From Candidatus Saccharimonadota bacterium (GTDB lineage Bacteria > Patescibacteriota > Gracilibacteria > UBA1369 > 2-02-FULL-48-14): a stretch of DNA of 32,000 nt. The translations under genes and the position numbers were made by a program. Positions 18,024 through 25,919 of this stretch are shown here, one piece after another; positions within the stretch are counted from its first letter, which is position 1, and each line of letters starts with the position of its first letter. Under the pieces are notes generated by a model, which saw only the letters and a program-made list of their open reading frames with translations, searched no databases and was not told where the DNA came from. The DNA is taken from positions 990,001-1,022,000 of the forward strand of contig JBAZVE010000001.1 of NCBI GenBank assembly GCA_041661045.1, in the 5' to 3' direction.

Positions 18024-20234
18024 ATGACATTTCGCGCGCTGCTTTCCACTGCCGCCTGCTTGAACCTGTTTTGGGTGCTTCCCGCTTTTGCGGTTTCTTT
18101 CGAGTCGGACATAGAAAGTGGTTTGATCAAACGGAATGCGATTCAAAGTGAGCACTTCCAATTTGAATTTTCAGACATCATTGGGAATCAAGCGGACAGT
18201 GACGGGGATGGGGTCTCTGACATTATTGAACTTATTGCGGAGTCGGCTGAATACAGTTGGGATATTTTGGTGGAAGAAATGAATTATGAAGAGCCTATTG
18301 AAACGGGGGAACCTATCATTGTAATTTTGGACGACAATTATGAGTATCTCAGCTCCGGGGCCTTGGGAATCACCAGTGTTTTGACCAATGATCAACCTTA
18401 CATTGCCATTGATCCTTGGATGAGCCCGGATTATTTGGTGGTCACGATGGGGCATGAGTTTTACCATGCCATTCAATTTGGATACGACTTCAATTTTGCT
18501 TACACCTATCAAGGTATCAACTTTGCAGAAGCCACTGCCAGTTGGGCGGAGGATGTTCTGTTTGATACGGTGAATGATTACGGCCTTTATATCCCGGACT
18601 TTCTGAGTTATGTAGATTATTCCATCTTCGCCTCCATTGTGCCCACAGGAAGTTTGTATGAATATGGAATGAATATTTGGCCTCGCTTTTTAAGTGAGTA
18701 TTACGACAATGGCATTGTGAAGGATATTTGGGAAACTTATTTTGACTCCAATATCAGTTATGACAGTGATCTTAAATTGTATGAGGCGGTTTCGGCCGTT
18801 CTGGATGATGAGGGGGATGATTTGCCGACTGTTTTTCAGGAATTCACTTTGTGGAATTTGAGTTTGGAAGAGTATGAAGAAGGCAGCCTTTACCCCTCTG
18901 TTTTGATTCTGGAAGGGGAGGAAAGCCAGGAGTATACTTTGAGCGATGAGAACTATGCACCAGCCCTGTATGGAACCAACTATTTGTACTTTGAAAACAG
19001 TACCGGACAGAATGAATTCATGTTTCATATCATCAAGCCGGAGGGCGTGAGCTTTGCGGTTTCTTTGGTTCCTTATGATGGAGAGAGCTATGACCTTTCC
19101 AAGGCGAGAACACAGATTATTGAAGGGGACGAAGCAATGGAAGCCTTCTTAAGCCTGGAAAACATCGGGGCTCAGGATGGAGTGGTGGCGGTGATTTCCA
19201 GCCTGGAAATTGAATTTGAGAGTGGGAACAACTGGGAGGTTTTTGACCAAGGCTACCTGTATTACTATTTGGGCAATTACGGGCTTAGTGAAGATGCCTT
19301 TCAGGCTTTGATGGATGGAGCTCAAGAGGAAGTGGAAACGGATCAAGGTGAGAAGGAGGGAGAGGATATTGAGGATGCCTCTGATGCTCGCAGTGAAGGA
19401 GCTTTGACCCTTTCCATCTTAAGTTTTGATGACAACTCTGCCACCTTTTCTTGGAACAGGGTTGCGGATGAGGACATCGACAGTTACGAGCTCAATTACG
19501 GAACAAACAGTGGGTCTTATTCCAAATCTGTGGATATTGAGAACGAATACACCACTTTTGCGACGGTGACGCATTTGGATGAAGGAGAAACTTATTATTT
19601 CTCCCTTTCTGCTCTGGATGAGGATAATGACGAAATTGGGGACCCCAGTTCGGAACTAGTGGTGACGCCCATGGAGTGGATTTTTGAAGATGTTTCTTAC
19701 ATGGATATTCACTTTGATGCCATTGAGGCCTTGGTGGAAATTGGGATTTTTGAAGGCTACAGTGATGGAAGCTTTGGTCCCGAGAATGAGATCAACCGAG
19801 CGGAACTCCTCAAGATTTTGGTGGAGGGTCGTGGTATTGAAGTGGATCCATCCACAAACAAGAACTGTTTTCCTGATGTCCGTGAAGATTGGTATGCCAA
19901 GTATGTGTGTTACGCCAAGAATCAAGGTTGGATTCAAGGGTATAGCGATGGCAGCTTTAAGCCTGCGGATCCTGTGAACAAGGTGGAGGCGCTCAAAATG
20001 CTCTTTGAAGTGTATGAGGTAGAATTGAGTCAGGATGCTGTTGTGGCGAATCTCAAATATCCCGATTTGGATGAAAACGCCTGGTATGCCGTTTATGTAT
20101 GGAAGGCTTCTGCCCTTGGCGTTTTAGAAGAACTCACCACCGCAAACTTCAACCCCGATGCCGATCGTACTCGTGGCGAGATGGCTGAAGAACTTTATCG
20201 TTATTTAGTGGTGGACGGGGCGCTTCGAGAGTAG
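18024..20234 (+). CDS. Secreted HExxH zinc metalloprotease candidate with FN3 domain and C-terminal SLH triplet
   Basis: 736-aa ORF. Signal peptide MTFRALLSTAACLNLFWVLPAFA|VS. HEFYH at 18453-18467, with a downstream Glu in GINFAEATASWAED about 21 residues after the second His (gluzincin-like spacing). FN3-like segment aa ~459-549 (FSWNRV...YELNYG...YYFSLSALD). SLH repeats aa ~553-730 (FEDVSYMDIHFDAIEALVEIGIFEGYSDGSFGPENEINRAELLKIL). Confidence 0.85.
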   Translation: MTFRALLSTAACLNLFWVLPAFAVSFESDIESGLIKRNAIQSEHFQFEFSDIIGNQADSDGDGVSDIIELIAESAEYSWDILVEEMNYEEPIETGEPIIVILDDNYEYLSSGALGITSVLTNDQPYIAIDPWMSPDYLVVTMGHEFYHAIQFGYDFNFAYTYQGINFAEATASWAEDVLFDTVNDYGLYIPDFLSYVDYSIFASIVPTGSLYEYGMNIWPRFLSEYYDNGIVKDIWETYFDSNISYDSDLKLYEAVSAVLDDEGDDLPTVFQEFTLWNLSLEEYEEGSLYPSVLILEGEESQEYTLSDENYAPALYGTNYLYFENSTGQNEFMFHIIKPEGVSFAVSLVPYDGESYDLSKARTQIIEGDEAMEAFLSLENIGAQDGVVAVISSLEIEFESGNNWEVFDQGYLYYYLGNYGLSEDAFQALMDGAQEEVETDQGEKEGEDIEDASDARSEGALTLSILSFDDNSATFSWNRVADEDIDSYELNYGTNSGSYSKSVDIENEYTTFATVTHLDEGETYYFSLSALDEDNDEIGDPSSELVVTPMEWIFEDVSYMDIHFDAIEALVEIGIFEGYSDGSFGPENEINRAELLKILVEGRGIEVDPSTNKNCFPDVREDWYAKYVCYAKNQGWIQGYSDGSFKPADPVNKVEALKMLFEVYEVELSQDAVVANLKYPDLDENAWYAVYVWKASALGVLEELTTANFNPDADRTRGEMAEELYRYLVVDGALRE

Positions 20235-21357
20235 AGAGTTCCTCTAAGACAAAGTTGTTGAGTATGGCTTCGGCAAGTCTGATGGAGAGACATGGAGGCA
20301 CCGCGTTTCCAATTTGTAAATTTCTTTGGCTCCTCGACCCATAAAATTGATATTCATCCGGGAAGCATTGTATCCTCGCCCCCTCTCTTGTGGTGAGTGG
20401 CCTGGGGGCTTTGGGATGTATACATCGAGAAGAGGAAGGGGTGCTTAAATTTCTTGTGATGGTGGTTGAAGGTTTTTTCCACCACAGACGAGAGTAGGTA
20501 TTTTTAAAGCCGGATTTTGGCCTTAGGTTCTTTGGTAAATTTTCCGGGCTTCCTCCGTCGGGCAAGAGCTGCATCAGTTTAACCAGGTTTGGATTGTTTT
20601 TTGGGGCGTTATGATCTTGTAGTTTCTCTGGTGCATTTTTACGCATTATTTTTTGAAACTCATTTTTGGGTTCAGAAGCGTACTCAAAACTTTCTTCCCC
20701 GGAATTTATAAAGGGTAAATCTCCGATGGCGTCTTCCAGTGTCAGGTAGGGGCTGAGCAGACCACTAAAAAGGTTGGAGTCGGTTTCCGGGTTGTAATGA
20801 CTTGGGCTGGGATATTCAAAATTTGTTTTGAGTTTTGAGCCCACCAAGATGATGCGTTCTCTGATTTGTGGAGCTCCGTAATCCGCTGCGTTCAGTAGTT
20901 TGCATTGGACTTTATACCCTAGGGATTCAAAAAGAGTGATGATGTTCCCCAGTAATTCTCCATTTTGCATGGAGGTGAGGCCTCTTACATTTTCAAAAAG
21001 AAAAAACTTTGGTTTGAACTCGTCCAAAACCCTAAAATATTCTTTGAAGAGTTCCCCTCTTGGATCGTTGCTCGCTCGTTTCCCAACCGTTGAGTAGGCT
21101 TGGCATGGAGGTCCTCCAATAATGAGATCTATCTCTTCCGGATCAATTCCCAGATCCCTGCTCACTTTTTTTGCATTAAACTCTTTTACATCTTCATTGT
21201 AGACCTTTGTTTTAGGGTGATTTAAAGAGTAAGCCTTTGCCATTTGGGGAAGAATTTCGTTGGCCGCAACAATTTCAAAGCGATCGTCTTTTGCAAAACC
21301 ATAACTTAAGCCTCCAACTCCACAGAATAGATCGATGATTTTAAGGGTTTTTTTCAT
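20149..21357 (-). CDS. DNA (cytosine-5)-methyltransferase
   Basis: 402-aa ORF. Motif I IIDLFCGVGGLSYGF, motif IV GGPPCQAYS, motif VI FLFENVRGL, motif VIII QIRERIILVG, motif IX-X RPLTTREGARIQCFPDEYQF...QIGNAVPP. The last ~30 aa are a tail encoded antisense to the metalloprotease 3' end. Confidence 0.93.
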   Translation of the reverse strand: MKKTLKIIDLFCGVGGLSYGFAKDDRFEIVAANEILPQMAKAYSLNHPKTKVYNEDVKEFNAKKVSRDLGIDPEEIDLIIGGPPCQAYSTVGKRASNDPRGELFKEYFRVLDEFKPKFFLFENVRGLTSMQNGELLGNIITLFESLGYKVQCKLLNAADYGAPQIRERIILVGSKLKTNFEYPSPSHYNPETDSNLFSGLLSPYLTLEDAIGDLPFINSGEESFEYASEPKNEFQKIMRKNAPEKLQDHNAPKNNPNLVKLMQLLPDGGSPENLPKNLRPKSGFKNTYSRLWWKKPSTTITRNLSTPSSSRCIHPKAPRPLTTREGARIQCFPDEYQFYGSRSQRNLQIGNAVPPCLSIRLAEAILNNFVLEELSTLEAPRPPLNNDKVLQPSRHEYDRHRG

Positions 21358-21367
21358 GAGGATTGGG

Positions 21368-22156
21368 TCAATCGGGCATCATCTCTGCATAGGGTCTTGG
21401 ATCTTCCGTTATCCTCCATACGAAATAATTCTGATCTATATTGAATACGGTTTGCCCCTCCATCTGCTGTCGTGTGATCCAGTTTATATTGTCTTCCTCG
21501 ATTTCGTCCAATTTTATAAAAGCCACTTGGCCATTGTAAAGATCAAAGTGAATTCCAAGAGTGTGGAGTCCAAGATTTTGAAAAACTCTTTTTGCCTCTA
21601 AAACCTTGTGTTGTTTGATGTCGTTTATTCCAGTGAAACCGGCCTGCATCTCAATCCGTAGTTTCGGTCCTCCCTCCAAGCTGATTTCCAGGTCGGCTTT
21701 GGGGGTTCTCTTGAAAGTCTCGATTTTTTTAAGATCATCATCGCCAATGAGTTCAATTTTTGAAAAATCCACTCTAAAAATAGCTTCAAGTGCTTTTAGA
21801 AAGAAATTTGAAATGATGTACCCGCGCATCCAGGAATAGTAGACTTGTTCCGGGCGTCTGCCTTGGTTGTTGAGGACGGGGAAAATGGCGTTGGCCTTCA
21901 TGATTTGGAAAGGCTCGTCTACAAATTCCTTTTTGAATGCTTCCGCGTCTTTCAATTTTATTTTTTCTCCCACTGCGGCGTTGAGCCGATCAATCATTTC
22001 ATAGAGCCGTTCGTTGAGTTGATCGATATAGTTGAAGTCCACGCTTGGGGGAATATCTTTTGCCCCGAAAAAGTTTTTTACGGCGTTTTGATTTGCAAAA
22101 CCCAGCCGCACTCTGTACTCCCGAAAATGTTCCGGCAAGATTGCTTGTATTGGCAT
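21368..22156 (-). CDS. Putative type II restriction endonuclease (family not recognised), partner of the adjacent C5-methyltransferase
   Basis: The ORF track extends to 22219 into the tRNA gene. I trimmed it to the ATG at 22156 (MPIQAILPEH; 262 aa). It ends 10 nt before the methyltransferase start on the same strand. A possible PD-(D/E)xK-like stretch is TPKADLEISLEGGPKLRIEMQ (a D...ExQ variant). The functional call rests mainly on genomic context. Confidence 0.5.
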   Translation of the reverse strand: MPIQAILPEHFREYRVRLGFANQNAVKNFFGAKDIPPSVDFNYIDQLNERLYEMIDRLNAAVGEKIKLKDAEAFKKEFVDEPFQIMKANAIFPVLNNQGRRPEQVYYSWMRGYIISNFFLKALEAIFRVDFSKIELIGDDDLKKIETFKRTPKADLEISLEGGPKLRIEMQAGFTGINDIKQHKVLEAKRVFQNLGLHTLGIHFDLYNGQVAFIKLDEIEEDNINWITRQQMEGQTVFNIDQNYFVWRITEDPRPYAEMMPD

Positions 22157-22189
22157 GGTCTCTTTTTTTAAGCTGCACTTCGTGCAGTA

Positions 22190-22266
22190 TGGTGCACCCA
22201 GAGGGAGTCGAACCCCCAACCCCTGGTTCCGAAGACCAGTGCTCTATCCAGTTGAGCTATGGGTGC
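22190..22266 (-). tRNA. tRNA-Arg (anticodon UCG) with genomically encoded CCA
   Basis: The reverse complement GCACCCATAGCTCAACTGGATAGAGCACTGGTCTTCGGAACCAGGGGTTGGGGGTTCGACTCCCTCTGGGTGCACCA folds as a cloverleaf. Acceptor GCACCCA/TGGGTGC, D stem GCTC/GAGC, anticodon stem CTGGT/ACCAG with loop CTTCGGA (anticodon TCG), and T arm GGGGG-TTCGACT-CCCTC (one G-U pair). Confidence 0.9.
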
Positions 22267-22332
22267 ATTGAGGCTGCGTGAGCAGCCAAGTCATCTTAAA
22301 CGGTAGATTTTCTCTTTGCAAGTCACTCCAAT

Positions 22333-25300
22333 CTATTTCCGTCGATTTTCCCAGTTGGTCCACCATACCAACATGGGGCTGGCGATGAAAATGGAGGAAT
22401 AGGTTCCGGCAAGCATTCCGATGATGAGGGCGAGTACGAAGATTCGGATGCTGTCGGCGCCAAAAATGAAGAGTGCCGTGATGGTGATGAGGGTTGAAAC
22501 AGAAGTGTTGAGGGATCGAGCCATGGTTTGATTCAAAGCTCTGTTGGCAATTTCTCCCAAACTGTCTTTTTCTCCACGCAAATGAAGATTCTCACGAATA
22601 CGATCGAAGACCACGATGGTATCGTGGACGGAGAATCCCATGATGGTGAGCAAGGCAGTGATGAAGAGGGCATCCATCTCAATGTCCAGGAAGTGCCCAA
22701 GCACCACAAAGACTCCAATGACGAGGAGCACATCGTGCAATAAGGCCACAATGGCGGAAATTCCAAATTTCCACGCACTGATTTCTTTGGTCACTTTTCG
22801 GAAGGCAAAAGCAATGTAAAGCACAATCATCACGGAGGTGATGGCCAAAGCCCATCCGGCTTTTTGTTTGAGGGTTTCACCAATTGTGGGTCCAACGGTG
22901 GTGAAGCGGATTTCTTCAAAAGATTCCTGACCTTCGGCCAGTTTGCTCACAATGGCTTGATGGGTCGGTTCATCCATGTGTTTCATGCGGATCAAGAAAT
23001 TGCCTTGGTCGGTGCTCACGATGTGAGGCGTTCCAAAGTCTCCTTGAAGAGCCGTTTCCACTTCTTCGAGTTTTTGGCTGATTTCTTCGCTGGTGCGGCC
23101 TTCGTCCATGTGCAGTTCCAAGGAGGTTCCTCCGGTGAAATCGATACCCCAGTTGATGGGGAAGATAAGGATTGCCACAAGAGCGAGCGCAGCGAGCAGC
23201 CCGGAGATTCCACCCCAGATGGCACTCTTTTGAATGATGGGCAGCAAGACTTTGCGAGAGGTGCGAGGTTTTCCCCACAAGCTCAATTTGTCGGCCAGTT
23301 TGGTGTTGGCGGCAGCTAGGAGCAGGGTTCTTGTGAGCATGATGGCGCTGAACATGGAAAGCAGAATTCCGAGCGCGAGGTTGAGCGCAAATCCACGGAT
23401 GATGGAGGAGCCAAAGTAAAAGAGAATGATACAAGTGATGAGGGAAGAGAAGTTGGAATCGCGGATGGAGTCCCAGGCTCGTTTGAATCCTTCTTCAATG
23501 GCTTGATGGAGGTTTCGTCCATTGCCGAGTTCTTCTTTCATGCGTTCAAAGATGAGTACATTGGCATCCACGGCCATTCCAATGGAAAGGATCACTCCGG
23601 CGATACCCGCCAAGGTGAGGGTGATTTTGGTGGAGAGGACCATGGTGAGGAAGAAGAGGACAAAACAGGTCACCACAAAGGCGATGAATTTTTCTCCGCC
23701 GGAATCTTTGTTCTTAAGAATGAGGTGTATGGCAAAACCAAACACTCCAAGGGCAATGAGCAAGGCCACTGCGGTGGGAAGGGCGGTTTTGATGACAAAG
23801 AGGAGCAGGAGAGAGTAAATGCCCAAGGCCACGGTGGCGATGAGTCCCGGGAGACGGTAGTAGAGAATCATAAAGAGAGCCAGTACAATCACTCCAATCA
23901 AACCTCCAAAAAGGCTTTGATCCAAAGCTTCTTGCCCCAGTGAGGCGCTGATGTTGTACTGTCCCACCAACTCAACGGGTGCCGGAATGGCACCGGTGTT
24001 GAGGTCTCGAGCTAAATTTTGAGCTTCTTCCAGAGTGAAGTTTCCACTGATTTGAGCGGAACCTCCGCTGATCTTTTCATTCACATTGGGGGCGGAGATT
24101 AGGTTTCCTCCCACAAAAATAGCGATTCGTTTGCCCACATTTTTCTCGGTGAGTTGTTCAAACAGTGTGGCGCCTTCCTCATTGAATGTGATGCTCACAA
24201 AAGGTTGGTAGGCCTGGTTGAAGGCCACATCGGCTCGTTCGAAGTGTTCTCCGGTCATGGCAGGTGTCTCCAGCCATGGGTCAGGAGTGGTGCTGAAGAG
24301 AATCTTGTTGAAGGCCACTTTTTCGACGCTGATGGTTTCGCTGCTGGCCTCTTGTTTTTCATAGACTTGAATGAGGTGGTATCCAAACTCAGTTTCCACT
24401 ACTTCGGAAACACTGTTCACTTCCAAGGCAAAGGCTGCTTCTTCAAAAGCATCGGTCATCACTCCACGGCCAAAAGCTCCCAAATCTCCACCGGTTTCTT
24501 TTCCGCTGGGGTCATCGGTATATTCCTTTGCCAATTCCTCAAAAGAAGCTCCTTCAGATAATTTTGTTTGTACTTCTTGAATACGCGTTAAGGCTTCTTC
24601 TTTGGTTCGAGTGATGCCTTCAGCAGAGGTTTCGGAGCCCTCGAAAGCTACTAAAATATGGCGGGCGCTCACTTCTTCTTCAATTTCTCGGATTTCTTCT
24701 TCATTCTTTCTATCGGTGACTTGCACCACGGTCATTCCTTTGTTGGCCACGCCCATTCCATTTTCATCAATCGTGTAGCCTTCATCCAATTCAAAAGGAC
24801 CAAAAATACTATTCACCTCGCGGCCCTGGAGTGCGGCCATCAAGCTTGTGCTTAAAGTGCTGATGTCGGTGAGTTCCACTTCTTCCACCCTCACTTCACC
24901 TGAATTTTCTTCTTGTGCGGCTTCTGCAAGCGTCATGAATTCCCCTCCGCCATTCACTTGAGCGAGAAAAGCATTGGCGGCATCGGTGGCCCAAGAGAGC
25001 TGTTCGTCATCTTGAGGATTTGGATTTTCTTCGCGGAATTCCAGTTGAATGGTTTTACCCACGGTTGCTTTGGCTTCTTCCAAGTCGGTGATTCCAGCCA
25101 ATTCCACCACAATGTGCTTTTCGCTACCCACGGTGGAAACAAAAATATTGGGTTCCGAAACGCCCAGACTATCCACTCGTTTTCGAATCACTTCTTTTAC
25201 TCCCTCCACAATTTGGTCTTGATCCGCTTCTGCCACCTGGCTCATGTCGATGGCGTAGTCGAGTTGGGTTCCACCTTTAAGATCCAAACCGAGCTTGAGA

Positions 25301-25389
25301 TCGGTCTTTGCATCCACAAAGCCCAAAGCCCCCGCAAAGAGGAGGATGACTAAAATTTTACCGGCGAGCATTTTTTTTACGGAAAGCAT
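22333..25389 (-). CDS. secDF: Protein translocase subunit SecDF fusion with an inserted parvulin-type PPIase module
   Basis: 1018-aa ORF. SecD N-terminus and P1 base: LGLDLKGGTQL...VIRKRVDSLGVSEPNIFV...IVVELAG...TIQLEFRE, then later KRIAIFVGGNLISAPNVNEKISGGSAQISGNFTLEEAQNLARDLNTGAIPAPVEL. 6+6 TM regions. SecF start GIDFTGGTSLEL. The parvulin block lies in between (see the next feature). Confidence 0.93.
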   Translation of the reverse strand: MLSVKKMLAGKILVILLFAGALGFVDAKTDLKLGLDLKGGTQLDYAIDMSQVAEADQDQIVEGVKEVIRKRVDSLGVSEPNIFVSTVGSEKHIVVELAGITDLEEAKATVGKTIQLEFREENPNPQDDEQLSWATDAANAFLAQVNGGGEFMTLAEAAQEENSGEVRVEEVELTDISTLSTSLMAALQGREVNSIFGPFELDEGYTIDENGMGVANKGMTVVQVTDRKNEEEIREIEEEVSARHILVAFEGSETSAEGITRTKEEALTRIQEVQTKLSEGASFEELAKEYTDDPSGKETGGDLGAFGRGVMTDAFEEAAFALEVNSVSEVVETEFGYHLIQVYEKQEASSETISVEKVAFNKILFSTTPDPWLETPAMTGEHFERADVAFNQAYQPFVSITFNEEGATLFEQLTEKNVGKRIAIFVGGNLISAPNVNEKISGGSAQISGNFTLEEAQNLARDLNTGAIPAPVELVGQYNISASLGQEALDQSLFGGLIGVIVLALFMILYYRLPGLIATVALGIYSLLLLFVIKTALPTAVALLIALGVFGFAIHLILKNKDSGGEKFIAFVVTCFVLFFLTMVLSTKITLTLAGIAGVILSIGMAVDANVLIFERMKEELGNGRNLHQAIEEGFKRAWDSIRDSNFSSLITCIILFYFGSSIIRGFALNLALGILLSMFSAIMLTRTLLLAAANTKLADKLSLWGKPRTSRKVLLPIIQKSAIWGGISGLLAALALVAILIFPINWGIDFTGGTSLELHMDEGRTSEEISQKLEEVETALQGDFGTPHIVSTDQGNFLIRMKHMDEPTHQAIVSKLAEGQESFEEIRFTTVGPTIGETLKQKAGWALAITSVMIVLYIAFAFRKVTKEISAWKFGISAIVALLHDVLLVIGVFVVLGHFLDIEMDALFITALLTIMGFSVHDTIVVFDRIRENLHLRGEKDSLGEIANRALNQTMARSLNTSVSTLITITALFIFGADSIRIFVLALIIGMLAGTYSSIFIASPMLVWWTNWENRRK
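24355..24675 (-). other. Parvulin (PpiC/PrsA/SurA-type) peptidyl-prolyl isomerase domain embedded in the SecD periplasmic P1 domain
   Basis: aa ~239-345: VSARHILVAFEG...SFEELAKEYTDDPSGKETGGDLGAFGRGVMTDAFEEAAFALEVNSVSEVVETEFGYHLIQV. This matches the parvulin pattern (A/S)xHIL...F..LA..YS.D..S...GGDLG.F..G.M...F..A.F.L..G..S..V.T..GYH.I. Confidence 0.85.
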
Positions 25390-25431
25390 GGGAATTTGGC
25401 TTAGGGATTAGAAGAATGAGCTTGTGGGGAG

Positions 25432-25459
25432 ATTATACGAGGAAATAACTTTAAAACAA
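25432..25459 (-). promoter_or_regulatory. Sigma-70-type promoter candidate for secDF
   Basis: In the minus sense: TTGTTT (plus-strand 25454-25459), a 16-nt spacer, then a perfect TATAAT (25432-25437). The -10 hexamer ends 42 nt upstream of the secDF ATG at 25389. Confidence 0.35.
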
Positions 25460-25517
25460 GCTATCCCTAGCCTGTTTTATTGGCAGAAGGTGAATTGTGT
25501 GGTCTTGCTACCAATGG

Positions 25518-25919
25518 TCAGTCCTTATGCAGCTCCGCATCTTTCTCAAAATTATTTCCTTTTCCGCTACGGCCGTAGTCGTCGGAGAGTTTTATGACAT
25601 CGTCTAGATCGTTGGTGGAAACCTCTAAGATCTCAGCGTCTTCCAAGGCTTCGGCGCGGTGAATCATGCCGGGGTGCACATCCAGTTTATCGCCGGGATT
25701 CATGAGAATTTCGTCCAAGTGATCGGCATCGGAACCCAGGTAGAATTTGACTTGGCCTTTGAGCAAGTATTGGGTTTCTTTTTTGCGTTCGTGATACTGG
25801 AGTGAGTAACGGTGGCCCTTTTTGATGTGGAGAATTTTGCCCACATATTCAGGTTGGTTGGCGAACCAAATTTCTTTGCCCCAAGGTTTGAGGACTTCTT
25901 TAATTTCCGTTTGATTCAT
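25518..25919 (-). CDS. Cupin-fold protein (type II phosphomannose isomerase-like C-terminal domain)
   Basis: 133-aa ORF. KPWGKEIWFANQPEYVGKILHIKKGHRYSLQYHERKKETQYLLKG...DVHPGMIHRAEA, a two-His cupin motif. Its start overlaps the upstream manC-like gene by 20 nt. Confidence 0.8.
   Translation of the reverse strand: MNQTEIKEVLKPWGKEIWFANQPEYVGKILHIKKGHRYSLQYHERKKETQYLLKGQVKFYLGSDADHLDEILMNPGDKLDVHPGMIHRAEALEDAEILEVSTNDLDDVIKLSDDYGRSGKGNNFEKDAELHKD

Noticed and set aside
20149-22300. Integrated mobile element or genomic island with att repeats at the tRNA-Arg gene
   Set aside because: No integrase, transposase or excisionase ORF is present. I could not find a direct repeat of the tRNA 3' end near the other boundary (~20150-20300). 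Only the weaker claim of a possibly acquired R-M cassette is retained.
25900-25919. 20-nt overlap between the manC-like gene and the cupin ORF as a possible frameshifted (pseudogenised) bifunctional ManC
   Set aside because: Both ORFs are intact, with their own start and stop and complete domains. Separate nucleotidyltransferase and cupin genes are a common arrangement, and nothing in the sequence indicates a slippery site.
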